Shown: positions 28,514-41,776 of the stretch, one piece after another
How positions within the stretch are numbered: position 1 is the first letter of the stretch
Layout: every line of letters begins with the position of its first letter
DNA from: Rebecca billardiae RCC1528
Taxonomy: Eukaryota; Protista; Haptophyta
Reading direction: 5' to 3'
NCBI GenBank assembly: GCA_965240325.2
Contig: OZ251223.1
Span: forward strand, 930,001 to 994,000
Length of the DNA stretch: 64,000 bases
Made by a program: the position numbers and the translations under genes
The notes under the pieces: generated by a model
Database searches by the model: none
What the model saw: the letters and a program-made list of their open reading frames with translations, nothing else
What the model was told of the DNA's origin: nothing

Positions 28514-30163
28514 TCACTGGCAGCTGCGACGGTCAGGCGGGTCAGGGCGCTGGAGCAACGGCTGGGTTCGCTGCGCCGCGTCAGATGCTCCGCCCCCGTC
28601 CAGGGCGGCAGCGCGCTCGTCCACGCTCCACAGCTCGCGCTGGCGCAGCACGGACGCGCCTGGCATGCGCACGCGGTACGCTGCGCCTCCAACGGCCGCG
28701 TCCCGAGCAGCCTCGTCGCCCCAGCGCCCGTCCAACCGCGCGCCGGGCACCAGGTCGGCCACCCCGCCGCCCGGGTCGTCCTGCCCGTCCGCGTGCGCCG
28801 CCCACCGCCAGCGCGCGAGCACGGCGAGGAGCGCGAAGACGGCGAGCACGGTGGTGGCGACTGCGGCGCACGCGACGAAGGCGACGAGCGCGCGCTCGGT
28901 GCTGCGCCTGCGCACCGCCTCGGCGCTGGGCGTCTCGCGCACCGCGCGGAGCGCGAGCAGCGTGTGCGCGGACGGACCCGGCGCGACGGAGGACGAGCGG
29001 CGGTGCGCGGCGTGGCCGCTGCCGGCCTCCGCGCGGTGCGCCGCATCGGCTGCTGCGCCGGCGCTGGCGGCGGAGCCGCCAGGTGGCGCGTTGAGCAGGA
29101 GGCACGAGCCCTCCAGCGCGCGCCGATCCACGATCTCGGTCACGCGCACCACGCTCCCCGTCTCCTGCTCGATCTCGTACACAATCTCGCCGCGCACGTG
29201 CGAGACCGAGCCGTCAAAGCAAACGCCGCTGTCCGCCCAGGAGAGCCAGGCGACGCCGGGCGAGTAGACGGTGCGCGTGGTGAGCGAGGAGGTGCGCTCG
29301 GTGGCGAAGGCGGAGGGGTACGCGAGCACCTCCTCGCGCGAGCCCGCGCACGCCTCCTCGGGCTGCGCGCTCACGCAGAAGCTCACGTTGGGCGCGAGAA
29401 CGGTGCCGTCCGCACGCGGCAGGCCGTTCCTGAGGCAGCGGCGGCGCGCGCCGCGCGGCGGCGGGGCGCGGCGGGTGGCGCACACGCGGGCGGGTCAGAG
29501 TGGCCACGCGCCCACGAGCGCCGGCCGCGTGCGCCCGGCGCCGCGGGGCCTCGCGCGGCGCGGCGGCGCGCACCACAGCTTGTCCATGCCGGCGACCGCG
29601 GCCGCCTCGCGCAAGAACGACGTCTGCGCGCGCTCGATGACCAGCTGCTCCTCGCCGGCGCACAGCGCGGCCATGCGCCAGAAGCGGTCGGCGAAGAAGG
29701 CCTCGTCGCACTCGAGCACGCGCCTCGAGTCCGGGTCCACGCGCAGGTTGACCAGCACGAGGTTGTCTGCGACGACGCCGTTGGCGCACTCGTGGAATGT
29801 CTCGGCGACGTAGGCGACCGAGTTGAAGCCGACGTAGAGCTGGACCGGGGTGATCGTCGTGCGGGTGAAGAGCCTGGCGAGCGTCGAGCCCGGGCCGAGC
29901 AGCCTGCGCGCCGCGTCCAGCCCGAGCGGGCTGCCGTCGATCGGCGCGTGCCACCTGAATCGCTCCGACTTGTTCGCAAGCCACGCCCCCGCGTGCGCGC
30001 CCGAGTCGGAGAGGCTGAGCGCGAGCGCGTCCATGTCGGCTTGGGCGATCGCGACGAGCTCCTTGGACGAGAGATCGTCGGCCGCGGCGGGCGGCGCCCT
30101 CCGCGCCGCGCACGCCCACGCGAGGGTGAGCAGCGCCCCGAGCGAGCGCGGGGAGCGCGCCAT
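28514..30163 (-). CDS. Type I membrane protein: signal peptide, two putative NTF2/SnoaL-like lumenal domains, C-terminal TM helix; intron 29430-29573
   Basis: MARSPRSLGALLTLAWACAA signal; GT-AG splice joins DKLW|NGLPR; TM ALVAFVACAAVATTVLAVFALLAVLA. The fold call is inferred from the helix and beta-strand pattern. Confidence 0.65.
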
Positions 30164-30254
30164 GGGGTCCAGGCTCACGCGTCCGAGCGTGTGGCGAGCG
30201 GGCGGCCGCGGCCGGACCTCGCCTCGCCTCGTCGTTCGCATACCATTCATCGCG

Positions 30255-32066
30255 ATGGCTGCCGTCGCGGGTCGGGGCGCTGTTGTCTCGTGTCTCGGCC
30301 GCGGCTTCGAGGCGACGCCGCGTCTCTTGGGGCCGCGGCGGCGGCTGAGCGGGTTCGACGCGCTCGGCCTGGCGCCGTCGACGGTCGAGGCCGCGCGGCA
30401 GCTCGGCTTTGTCGCGCCGACGCCAGTCCAGGCGGCGGGGATCCCGGCAATCGCGAAAGGCGCGCGCTGCGTGGCGCTCGCGGGAGAGACGGGGGGCGGC
30501 AAGACGCTGGCGTACCTCCTGCCCGTGATCGACCGGCTCAAGCGCGAGGAGGTGACCTTCGGCCCGGCCGTGCGCCGCGCGGGCCACCCGCGCGCGCTCG
30601 TGCTCACGCCGACGCCGGAGCTTGCACGGCAGGTGGGCGCGCAGGCCAAGGCGCTGGGCCACGTGGTGAAGGTCGCGACGTGCGCGCTCTCGCAGGAGCA
30701 GACGCTCAAGGACCAATCCGCTCGGCTCGCCGCGCCCGTCGACATCGCCATCGGCACCCCGGCGCTGCTGCTCCGGCACCGCGCGCGCGGCTCGGTCTCC
30801 TTCCGAGACGTTTCCGCGATCGTTCTGGACGAGGCGGAGGTGCTGCTCACGCGCGGGAGCGGCGGCGCGGGGCGCGGGCCGGCGATGGTGGACCCCGCCG
30901 CATCGGGCGCGGACGCCGGCCTCGACGCGCTCGAGGCCATCCTCCGCGCCGCGCGCGCGCACCGCGAGTGCGCGCCAGCCGCCGCTGCGCTCGCAAAGTC
31001 CGGCCAGGGTGCAAAGTCCGGGCCGGGAAGTCCGGGCGCGCCACCCGGACGGGGCAGTCCGGCGGCGCGCGGCTCGGTGGGCGACCCGGCGGCGCGCGTG
31101 CTCGCGCAGGTCGTGCTCGCCCCCGCCACGCTCACCCCGTCGCTCGAGCGCGCGATCAGCGCGCGGTTCGGCACGGACGCGCACGTCGTGCGCACGCGCG
31201 CGCTGCACACGCTCGCGCCGTCCGCGTCTGTGCGCTGGGTCGAGGTGCCGGCGCACGAGCGGCACGCGCCGGTGCTCCGGCTGCTCGGCGCGGGCGAGGC
31301 GCGGGCGCGGCAGCCACCGCGCACGCTCGTCTTCTGCAACACCGTGCGCTCCGCGCGCGCGCTGCAGCACGCGCTCGCGGAGGCGGGCGTCGTTGCCGCG
31401 TGCCTTCACGGTCAGATGCCGCCGGCGCGCCGCACGGCGGAGCTGGCGAGCTTCGCCGGCGACGGGGCGGAGGGCGGCGTCACGCGCGTGCTCGTCGCCA
31501 CCGACGCCGCCTCGCGCGGGCTGCACCTCCCCGACGTGCGCCACGTGCTCATGGCCGACTTCCCCAAGGACTTTGCCGACTTTCTGCACCGCGCGGGGCG
31601 CACGGCGCGCGCGGGCGCCGACGGCCGAGTCACCATGCTCGTCTCGGAGCGGGAGCGGCGGTTGGCCGAGGCGCTGCGCGCGCGGGTGCAGGCGCGGGAG
31701 CCCGTCGAGCCGGTGTCCGCCGCGCGCCCGGGCACCGCGCGCAGCCTGCGCCTCGGCGCGGAGGCCGCCATCGCGATGGCCGGCGCCGCGGGCCCCAAGC
31801 CCCGGCAGCGCCACCTGGCTCTGGTCGGCGCGCGCCGCACGGCTACGCGATCCTACGACCGCGCGTTGCGCTCCCTCGGCGCGCCGGGCCTGCAGAGCCT
31901 GGGCCGATCCGCCGGCGGCCGCGCGCGTGGGCGCGCGGGCCGCGAGCTGGGCGCGGACAAGCGCTACTGGTACGAGGCGGGCAAGCCTCGCACGCACTTC
32001 CGCCCGTCCAAGCGACTCACGCAGAGCAGCAAGCCCAAGCCCAAGCCCAAGCCCAAGCGCAGGTGA
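30255..32066 (+). CDS. DEAD-box RNA helicase (DEAE variant), probably organellar
   Basis: Q motif GFVAPTPVQ, GETGGGKT, PTPELARQ, IGTP, LDEAE, LVFCNT, LHG, ATDAASRGL, HRAGRTAR; transit-like N-terminus; basic C-terminal tail. Confidence 0.88.
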   Translation: MAAVAGRGAVVSCLGRGFEATPRLLGPRRRLSGFDALGLAPSTVEAARQLGFVAPTPVQAAGIPAIAKGARCVALAGETGGGKTLAYLLPVIDRLKREEVTFGPAVRRAGHPRALVLTPTPELARQVGAQAKALGHVVKVATCALSQEQTLKDQSARLAAPVDIAIGTPALLLRHRARGSVSFRDVSAIVLDEAEVLLTRGSGGAGRGPAMVDPAASGADAGLDALEAILRAARAHRECAPAAAALAKSGQGAKSGPGSPGAPPGRGSPAARGSVGDPAARVLAQVVLAPATLTPSLERAISARFGTDAHVVRTRALHTLAPSASVRWVEVPAHERHAPVLRLLGAGEARARQPPRTLVFCNTVRSARALQHALAEAGVVAACLHGQMPPARRTAELASFAGDGAEGGVTRVLVATDAASRGLHLPDVRHVLMADFPKDFADFLHRAGRTARAGADGRVTMLVSERERRLAEALRARVQAREPVEPVSAARPGTARSLRLGAEAAIAMAGAAGPKPRQRHLALVGARRTATRSYDRALRSLGAPGLQSLGRSAGGRARGRAGRELGADKRYWYEAGKPRTHFRPSKRLTQSSKPKPKPKPKRR

Positions 32067-32491
32067 GCTGCCGCCCGGTTCCGGAGAGGCCCGTTGCAAC
32101 CACTGCATTGCCAGGGGCGTACTGCAGCTTCCCGCATGGGATCCATATGACTACAGTATGGGTAGGCGTCTAGGCGAACGTGCTCTGCCCGTGACGATGA
32201 AGCCAACTACCATAGCTATGCCTCGAGGCATGTCGGTGCGGCCGCCCGCGTCGACTGTCAGATCAGAGACAGGGAAGCCTTTCATACAGTTGACAGTAGC
32301 TACTGTGGGGGTATGGATACAGTACAAGCTGTGCTCCCCCGGCCGCGGGGGGGTACCTGTTCGGGTTGGGCGCGCTCCGCCGTCGTCGCTGGTCGGGCTG
32401 CCCAAGCCGCGCCGAGCCGGACGGCTTGCGACGAACCTCGCCGACCAGCCGACGTCGGCCGCCAAGGACCACCGGCGCGCTCGTCGCGGGG

Positions 32492-35400
32492 ATGGCCGAG
32501 TACTTTGGCACGCAGTACTACCCGGACGACGCGTCGCGCGCCGCGAGCCTCGAGGCCGAGCTCGCCGAGCTGCGCAAGGAGAACCAGCAGCTCGAGACCG
32601 AGGTGCGCTCGGTGCGCGCGTCCGAGCGCGCGTCCGAGGCTGCGCTCTCGCAGGCGTCGCTGGACGACGAGCCGCCCGATCGGGTGGCGGAGCTGCAGCC
32701 GAGGCCCTCGCGCGAGGAGAAGCACGAGCGCGATCGCAGCGTCTGGGCGCTGCACATCCAGGTCAAGCGGCACGAGGAGCAGCTCGAGAAGCACCAGCGC
32801 GCGATCAACGAGCTGACGACGCACATCGCGCGCATCGCGCGAGTCGCTGCGCGCGACGTGGAGGTGCGAGCGCAGCAGCCGGCGCCGCCGAGCCTGGCTG
32901 TTCACGCGGCGGAGCCCGCTGCCGAGCGCCAGCGCGGCTCGCCCGGCTCGCGGCCCTCCGCCGCGTTCGGCTCGGCGGTGAGCGGGCCGGAGAGCCCTCT
33001 GAAGGACAGGCGCGCCACCGAGCCGGAGGCGCGCACCACGTCGGCGGCGGAGATCGAGAGCCCGGCGGCGCCGCCGGAGGAGGTGCCGGCGCCCGAGCCC
33101 AAGCCCGCGCCCAAGCCGTGGGAGGCGCAGCCGCTCGTCGCACTGCCGCTCGCCCCGCCGTCCGCCGCCGTGGCCGCGGCCGCGCTCGCCGCCGCGGCCG
33201 AGCTCTCGTCGCCGCACTCGGCGAGCGGCAGCTTCACCAAGGGGCAGCCGCTCTCGGCGGGCAAGGCGCCGGCGTACGGGCGCGCGCGCTCGGCGTCGCT
33301 CAGCGGCGCGGCGAAGGGCGCGCTCACGCCCACGCCCGCGTTCTACAGGCGCGCCTCCGTCGCGACCCTCGAGGGCGGGCTGCTCTCGGCCGCGACGACG
33401 CTCGGCGACGTGAAGGCCCACGTCTCGCCTCCGCCGGTCGGCGCCGGCCTCGTGCCGACGAGCGTGATGATGCCCGGGCCGCGCGCGACGCCCGGCGCGG
33501 CGCTCTCGTCGTCGCGCTCGGACGTGGGCTGCGCCGACTCCTCGTCCACGGCCGGCGGCGGCTTTGGCGGCCAGGGCGGCACGACGCGGTACGCGGTGCG
33601 CGGCCGCGCGGTCACGGCGTACGCTCCGGCAGAGTGGGGACCGTCCGACGCGGCGCGCGCGGGCGCGGCGCCGGTCGCGCGCGCGGAGCTGGAGCACGTG
33701 TACGGGTACCGCGCGAAGCTGGCCTCGCCGCAGGGCCACCCGTGCACGAACGCGCTCGTCGTGCTCGGCCCGCAGATGATCGCGTACGCCGCGGCGTCGG
33801 TCGTGGTCGTGCTCGAGAGCGAGAGCAACACGCAGGCGTTTTATTGCGAGCACGACGAGGACGTGCTCAGCGTTGCGGCGCACGTGCCCGAGCTCGGCGG
33901 CGCGGAGGCGGAGGCGGGCGGCTCGCGCGTGGTGCTCGCGTCGGGCCAGCTCGGCCGGCACCCGCCCATCCACGTCTGGTCGCTCGAGAGCGGCGAGACC
34001 CTCTCGGCGCTCACGGGCGCGCACCACGAGCGCGGCATTGGGCAGCTCGCCTTCTCGCCCGACGGCGCGCGGCTCGCGTCGATGGGGTTGGACACGCAGC
34101 GCACGATGATCGTGTGGGACTGGCGGCGCAAGGCGCCGCTGGTCTCGGCGAAGGTGCACACCGAGCCGATCCACGCGCTCGCCTTCAGCCCGGCGAGCGC
34201 CGGCGACATCCTCGTCGCGGTGGGCGTGCGCGCGTTCAAAATCTTCGGGCTGAGCGCGCCATCGGCGCAGGGCGCCGAGCGCTCGCTCCGCGCGCCGCCG
34301 CTCGTGCTCACGCGGCGCGGCGGCGTGTTCGGCAAGCTCGGCTCGCTCAAGGACGGGGACAAGGCGACGCTGCTCTCGCTCGCGTTCACCGCGGACGGCC
34401 AGGCCGTCACCGGCACCAAGACAGGCGACGTGCTCATCTGGGCGGGGCAGGAGGTCGTGAGTAAGCTGCGCGGCGCGCACGAGTCGCCTGTCTACTCTGT
34501 GTGTGTGCTGCCGCGAACGGGCTTCATCGTCTCCGCGGACAAGCAGGGGGTGCTGGCGGCGTGGGACGCGACGTTCACGCACACGGGCTCGCGCACGCTG
34601 AGCGACGCCTCCGTCGGCCTCGCGCAGCCCGCCGTGCGCGCCATCTCGCCGCTGCCCACCGCTGACGGCACGCAGTTGCTCGTCGGCTGCACCGACGGCT
34701 CGGTCCGGGAGGTGGACCTCGCGACGGGCGCGGCGCGCGTCTGGCTGCAGGGGCACACGGCGGGCGAGGTGTGCGCGCTCGGCGCGCACCCGACGGACGC
34801 CGGCCGCTTCGCCTCGGCGTCGCGCGACCGCACCGTCCGGCTCTGGTCGGCCGAGCACCGCTGGCCGCTCGCCTGCGTCTCCCTCTCCGAGGAGGCGCGT
34901 GCGCTCGACTGGGCGCCCGATGGCTCCGCGCTCGCACTCGCGCTGGAGGATGGCACTGTGATGGTGCTGGGGGAGGCCTCGCTCGAGGCGCTGCGCTCGG
35001 CGAAGCGGCGCGAGGTGCGCTGCGTGCCCCGACGCGCGGCGCGGCGCGAGGGCGCCGAGCCGGGCGCACCACGCCCGCACCACGCGCGCGCACGCCGTCG
35101 CGCCCCTTGGATGCGGCGCCGCCCCGCACCCAACTAAGAACTAACGCTCCGGGCTGACTTGCTGCCCGCTGCCGCGGCGCCGCACGCCGCGCGCCGCACG
35201 CCGCGCGCCGCAGAGCGCCGCGCGCGACGTGCGCTGGTCTCCGGACGGACGGCACATCGCGGTCGCGCACGCGGACGGGCAGATCGACTTCCTCCTCGCC
35301 GCCGACTTTAGCGTCGTCGGGAGCTGCCGCGGGCACACGGCCGCGGTCGCACACCTCGACTGGGCCGCCGACTCCAGCTGCCTCCAGTCCACCTCAGGTG

Positions 35401-35914
35401 CGCGCGCCGCACGCACCGACCGCGCCGCGCCGGTTGCCCCGCGGGCGTGCGTCCCGTCCGGCGCGGCGTGGTCGCTCACGCCTCGCCTCACACCGCGCGC
35501 GCGCGCGCAGACGGCTTCGAGCTGCTGCACTGGAAAGCGCCGGCCGGCGGCCACCCCACCTCCTCGAGCGCGTGCCGCGACGTCTCGTGGGCATCGTGGA
35601 CTCTGCCGCTCGGCTGGCCGGTGCGAGGCATCTGGCCGCGCGCGAGCGACGGCACCGAGGTCTCGTCGGTGGCGCGCTCGAACGTGCCGTCGAGCGTGGC
35701 GGGGGAGCAGCTGCTCGCGGTGGGCGAGGGGCGGAAGCTCAGGCTACTGCGCTGGCCGTGCGTCGCCGAGTTCGCCGCGGCGGAGGAGGCCGTGCACCAC
35801 ACGGGCTCGATCTCGCAAGTGCGCTTCACCTCGGACGGCGAGCGGCTGCTCACGGCCGGCGGCGCCGACACGTGCATCATGCAATGGCGGCTCGTGCCGG
35901 TCATTGACGAGTGA
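32492..35914 (+). CDS. EML (echinoderm microtubule-associated protein-like) WD40 protein with N-terminal coiled coil; introns 35015-35213 and 35398-35510
   Basis: HELP-type motif ELEHVYGYR; HDEDVLSVA, ASGQ, FSPDG..LASMGLD, HLDWAAD...LQSTSD, WTLPLGWPVRGIWP, TAGGADTCIMQW; GT-AG introns restore the frame. Confidence 0.88.
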
Positions 35915-36420
35915 AGGCTGCGCGCAGCGACGGCGTGGCGACGACGAGCCGTGCCGTACGAGTCACGGCTGTGCCGTGTGCTTGTGCCTTCCGACCGTGA
36001 CCGCCCACTGCGGATGCGGATTGCGGTGATGCCGTTGATGATGATACAGTTTATTTGTTTTAACGTGCGTAAGGCTCACGGTGGCAGGTTGCCGCGCCAT
36101 CCTTCATCGCACGCTCTCCGAAGAGAGACCTGGAAACTGGTTTTGAACCCATGACCTCAGAGTAGTCAGACGCACATGCTGCGCGATGAAAACAACATTC
36201 AGGATCACCGCGAATAAAATCATCCGCGCGATGTTTTCGCCGCGATTACTGGTACTCTACTCACGAATTTGCGCCCGACGGCGCGCCCGGTCTCGCCGCA
36301 CTGCACGACGGAGTGACGGACGCGCACGGAGGAGCGCCTGGGCACCGTGGCAGGTGAGCAATCCTGTGTCGTGGGCGTGGCAGAACTAGGGCGTGGCAGC
36401 ACGACCTTCGCATTCTTCGC

Positions 36421-37203
36421 ATGCTGAGCTTTCGCGCCGTCTTCTGCGCGCAGCGCAGCGCTTTCGCGCCGTCTTCTGCGCGCCGGGCCGATCGCGCGTC
36501 TGTCCGCATCGCGCGAGAAGCCCGGCGCGCTCTGGTTACGTCGAGCCGCATCGAGCTGTCCACGTTCGAGGCTGTGCGCGAGGCGACAGGCTGGCAGCGG
36601 CCAGGCGGCGACCACGGCTGCATTCCAGTGCAGATCCTACCTGGGCTGTGGAACGCGCACTATCATGACGTCGACTCTGCGGAGAAGCTGCGCCGCGTCG
36701 CTCCGGGTGTGCGGCTGGTTGTGAACACGGCCCCTGCGCAGTGCGCCGCACGCACGGGCGACCTGGGCGCCGGCGTCACGGTGTGCACGGTCGATCTGGA
36801 GGACGACCCGGACGCGCGTAAGGCCTTCGACGCGGGAAAGCCCGCGACCTCCTCGTGTGCCCAGCCGGACGTGCCTCTGCACCAGCGATGCGCGGGCAGC
36901 GCGAAGCGCGACTTTGAGCGAGTCCTGGACGCAATCCGGGACGAGCTGCAGCCGGCGGGATCTGGCGGGGAGGTGCTCATCCACTGCCACGCGTCGCTCT
37001 CGCGGTCCATTGCCTTCGTGCTCGCGTACCTCATGCGTGAGGAGGGCATGACGCTCGTTGGAGCGGTGCAGCACACCCGCGCACGATGGCGGGCCACGTG
37101 GCCCAACGACCGCTTCATCTTCCAGCTGCTGGAGTACGAGCGGGAGCTTCGGGCTCCGCCTGCAGTGCGGCAATGGCTACAAGACAACCCGTCTGGCGTC
37201 TAG
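36421..37203 (+). CDS. Dual-specificity protein phosphatase-like protein
   Basis: [12 protein letters not shown] (CX5R) followed by AFVLAYLM and [13 protein letters not shown]; start codon uncertain. Confidence 0.8.
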   Translation: MLSFRAVFCAQRSAFAPSSARRADRASVRIAREARRALVTSSRIELSTFEAVREATGWQRPGGDHGCIPVQILPGLWNAHYHDVDSAEKLRRVAPGVRLVVNTAPAQCAARTGDLGAGVTVCTVDLEDDPDARKAFDAGKPATSSCAQPDVPLHQRCAGSAKRDFERVLDAIRDELQPAGSGGEVLIHCHASLSRSIAFVLAYLMREEGMTLVGAVQHTRARWRATWPNDRFIFQLLEYERELRAPPAVRQWLQDNPSGV

Positions 37204-37235
37204 CTCGCGTCTCGTCGGCGGCGTCGTCGGCGTCA

Positions 37236-38057
<822 letters not shown>

Positions 38058-38339
38058 ATATATATACTACGAGTACTAGATGAAGTACATGGTATATAGT
38101 AGTAATAAATGCAATAGCTGCTGCTATGATTACGACTCGCATCATATATATATCAGTGCATGATCAGCATCGATCAGATTCCAGATACGCCGCGGGTTCG
38201 GATGTGACAGTGACCGTGTCCGTGACAGGTCGATGGGACAGTAGTCCCGCGCGAGCCTGGCCATCACACAGACGGCGCGGCATAGTATCGACCGCCGAGG
38301 CCGTGGACGCCGTCACCTGCTCGCGCCCCGACGCGCGCG

Positions 38340-39398
38340 TCAGCTCTCCGACGCAAACCACTCGGGGAACGGCTGCTGCGCCTCGTGGAACCAGCCGGCC
38401 ATCGCCCAGCGCTCGCCGCGCTCGGTGGGCAGCACCTCGTGCGGGAGGGCCACCGAGTCGAAGAGCGCGAGGGTGCCGCCGGCGGGGGAGACGAGGCGCG
38501 GGCTCTGGCGCGGGTGGGGCACGGTGTCGACGCGCGCGAAGCGCCGCGCCTCGTCCGCCGCCATGTGTGCCGTGTACAGCTCGGGCCCCTCGTCCGCGCG
38601 TGCGCTCGTCTCGAAGGGGCGTGAGATGTAGCTGCGGCGTGCGCGCCTGTCAGCGGGGCTGCGCGCGCGCGCGCTCGTGGCGTCGGCGGTGTACAGCGCG
38701 GAGAAGGGCACGTCGAAGCCGCGCGCGCGGACCCAGCAGTCGAGGAAGACCGGCTCCTCCGTGCCGTCGTCGCGTAGCCGCCAGCCCACCTGCAGGTCAC
38801 CGTCGTTGGCGCCGCAGGCCGCGCCCACGGCCGATGGCGCGGCGCGTGCGTAGGCTCGGAGTCCGCCGCCCGCCCCCGCTCCCCCCGGCTGGTCCCAGCC
38901 ATCGTCGGAGAGGTAGACGAGCCACGAGATCGATCGACGCGTCTCCGTCACCCAGCCGCGCACCCCCTTGCTCTCCTCGTGCCGCTCGTCCATGTGCAGT
39001 GGCAGGCGCGCGCCGGGCGCATGCAAAGACAGGTACTGCTCGGCAGCGATCAGCGGGCCCCGGCCGATGGACGCCTCGAGCTGGGTGCGGAGGGCGTCCA
39101 GGTGCGTGGCAAAGGCTGCACGCGCGTCGCGGTCCCCACCGAGCGCCGGCGTCACCTCGCACACGCGCCGATCCGCATCACCAAACGCCTGCTTGCGCTT
39201 GGCGGCGTTGCTCAGGCCTGAGACGCGCATCTGGCCATTCTCTGCGAGCCACCGGCCGTCGGCACGCAGGGCGGCGACGAGGGAGGGCGGGATGAAGTCG
39301 GTGGTAACGTGCACCGTGCCGCGCTCGATCGCCTCGAACCTAGTCGCCGCGGGCGTGGCGACGCCGAGGGCGCTGATCACGTGCCAGGCGATCAGCAT
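38340..39398 (-). CDS. 2-oxoglutarate/Fe(II) dioxygenase (prolyl-hydroxylase-like) with a signal-like N-terminus
   Basis: HxD (LPLHMDE), RRSISWLVYL, GGGLR, FDS..LPHEVLP..GERWAMAGWFH. Confidence 0.85.
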   Translation of the reverse strand: MLIAWHVISALGVATPAATRFEAIERGTVHVTTDFIPPSLVAALRADGRWLAENGQMRVSGLSNAAKRKQAFGDADRRVCEVTPALGGDRDARAAFATHLDALRTQLEASIGRGPLIAAEQYLSLHAPGARLPLHMDERHEESKGVRGWVTETRRSISWLVYLSDDGWDQPGGAGAGGGLRAYARAAPSAVGAACGANDGDLQVGWRLRDDGTEEPVFLDCWVRARGFDVPFSALYTADATSARARSPADRRARRSYISRPFETSARADEGPELYTAHMAADEARRFARVDTVPHPRQSPRLVSPAGGTLALFDSVALPHEVLPTERGERWAMAGWFHEAQQPFPEWFASES

Positions 39399-39510
39399 GG
39401 CGGCCGGCGAAAATTTCGCGCGCGCTCTGAGTTCTCCCGCTGGCAGGGAGCAACGGCCCCGGCCGGCACAGGAGGTGTGAGGAGGGGGCACGACGCGGTC
39501 TTCGAGGCGC

Positions 39511-40301
39511 ATGTCGCTCACGGAGCAGGTGGTCGGGCAGAATGATACGCTCGAGCAGCTTGCCGTCGCGTTCGAGGTGATCCAAGGCGTGAGCACGGTC
39601 GTGATTGCGGTCGTCAGCTTCGTGTGGTCGCGGCACTCGCGCCGCACGCAGCGAGTGGAAGCTATGAGGACCCTCCTGAGGGACGCGTGCAGCGAGGTCC
39701 TGCTCGAGTTCGCGCTGGACTTCTTCGGCAACCGCCGATTCGTCGATAGTGCTGACACGGTGCACGAGCTGTCGGAAGGCGACTTCCAGCAGATTCTGTC
39801 CACGTCCATCCTCTTCCCGCCGACGGGTTGGCACCGCGCGTGCCGATCGCGCGTCATCCTCTTCCTCGAGTCGCTCCGCCCGTGCACGCATGTGCTGGGG
39901 GACGGGAGTGCGGACTTTGCACTGCAGGGGCCCGTGGACCCTATCGTCTCGCGCCTGCGCCTCGCGCTCAAGGCCCTCGCCGACTATTGGTCACCTCAGG
40001 TGCGACCTGATGCGCGCTGGGATGGGCGCCCTCCGCCCTCCGCGCGTGCTGTAGCGGCCGTGCCTCAACGCCGCCATGCGCGTGCCGCGCGCCGGCACAG
40101 GGCCGGCTCCACACACCGTGCACCGACGAGCACCGCAAGTTCCTCCGGGCCGCGCTGGGCGAGGGCCGCGCCGATGAATGGGAGTTGCTCGGACGCACCC
40201 TTGCTCGGCTTGGCCTCGAGCACCGGCTGAGCAACCCGCCACAGCGGGCGTCTTCGCGCACGACCGACAATGACGGCCCGGGCGCGCTGACCGCGACGTG
40301 A
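39511..40301 (+). CDS. Hypothetical protein with N-terminal TM helix; intron 40000-40100
   Basis: ATG 39511; hydrophobic VIQGVSTVVIAVVSFVW; splicing gives a coherent exon 2 (GRLHTPCTDEHRKFLRAALG...TAT*). Confidence 0.6.
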
Positions 40302-40832
40302 ACTGATTGGCTGCGATGGTGCTTGCTGCGGTGCCTGGCACAGGCTGAGAGGCACAAATGCACATTCGTTCACCCGACTGAGTCGCTGCCGCCTCAGGCA
40401 GTGGCCCGCCGTCCGCCCGCCGAAGGCCCGCGGCGCCCAGCTAGCGGCGGGTCACAGGTACACAGTCGGTCGTCGTAACAGTCGCGAGATTCTCTGTACT
40501 GTAAGCTCTAGCAGTCGTTATAGCTGTACCGAGTCGGATGTAAGTTGTCAGTACAACTATGCGCGGTGCATCTCTCCGACTTACGGACTTACTCTGCGTT
40601 TATTAGGCGCCGGCGGCCGGGGCGACTAGCAGTACTGAGTCTGAGTTATACTGCTACTGCTAGTGCTACGGGGGAAGGGGAGGTCATCACACTCATCACT
40701 GATGAGGTTCCTGCTTCTCTTCTAGCTACTGCTACGGGCCGGTGATGGGTCACGGATGATAGCATTGGTGGATCTCAGAGTCACCGCCACCGGCATGTGG
40801 CTTGATGGAACCAGGGTACAGTAGAATAGGAG

Positions 40833-41600
40833 TCACCACGGTCCTACGCCCCTCATCATGATGGCATCGATGCCGCCGTTGCCGAGCACCTTTGGATTGC
40901 CGCGCGTGTACACAGATGACTTGCTGTCCTCAGTCACATGACCGTCAGGTCCGACGGTGCGGTGGTACGAGTACGAGCTCTCAACGTAGTAGTAGCTGCT
41001 CGAAGGCGAGAGGGCGCTCCAAATGAGGCTCGCCAGAAGCGCAGCGGCTAGCAGGGGGACGATGGCACGCACCCGGCGCAGGACAGCCGCCATCGCTCTT
41101 TCGATGGAGGGCATCCAAGACGCGTTATCCCACGCCCGCGCAGCATCAGCGCTTGGCTTGCCGAGCTCGTACACGACTCGAAGATGGCGCGCGTAGCCGT
41201 TGGCCACGTCCACCATGTCAGCAGGCATCTCCACCAGCTCGCCCGTTTGCCGCCGGCCGCACAACATGCCGTCCGTAAGGCGCCAGTCGTCTAGCAGCTC
41301 CGCACTTCGAAGCGAGGAGGATGGGGCTATCTTGGCGTGCCTTGAGCACAGCGCACTTGCGTCTCTGCCCGTCAATTGCGGATGCTGCGCCACTCGGCCC
41401 CAGAGCACGACCCCGTCCACAGTGTTGCGTGCCACCGCGTCCTCGAGCGCCCAGTCCTCCTGCAGGGAGAAGCGCGGCTCGCACATGCGGGCACGCGCGA
41501 GCGGGTGTGGAAATGGCGCGCTCAGCCCACGTGGCCCGCCGAGGCCCGCCCATCCGTGCACTGCCGAGACACAAGTCGCGACGAGTAACGCGGACCCCAT
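40833..41600 (-). CDS. Hypothetical protein with signal/bipartite-like leader, Myb/SANT-like segment and a TM helix
   Basis: MGSALLVATCVSAVHG leader; FSLQEDWALEDAV...WGRVA...LTGRDASALCSR; TM IVPLLAAALLASLIWSAL. Confidence 0.55.
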   Translation of the reverse strand: MGSALLVATCVSAVHGWAGLGGPRGLSAPFPHPLARARMCEPRFSLQEDWALEDAVARNTVDGVVLWGRVAQHPQLTGRDASALCSRHAKIAPSSSLRSAELLDDWRLTDGMLCGRRQTGELVEMPADMVDVANGYARHLRVVYELGKPSADAARAWDNASWMPSIERAMAAVLRRVRAIVPLLAAALLASLIWSALSPSSSYYYVESSYSYHRTVGPDGHVTEDSKSSVYTRGNPKVLGNGGIDAIMMRGVGPW

Positions 41601-41776
41601 CCACGTCCACGAGCGCGCGGCGGCGTCTGGAACCCAACGGAAGACTGGGCCCTGAGAATCCCTCGCCACGCGTGCGGCTGATCAAGATCGCGACAGCGGC
41701 TCCCGCTCAACTTTCCGCCGCCAGATTTGACGAGATTGAGCAACCGTGGCAGGATGACTGATGAGGCACCTCCACG

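Noticed and set aside
28793-35083. Very long alternative-frame ORFs (e.g. 28793..32173, 29214..32108, 31009..34464, 32300..35083)
   Set aside because: Arg/Ala/Gly-rich shadow ORFs caused by stop-codon scarcity at very high GC; they overlap motif-supported genes in other frames.
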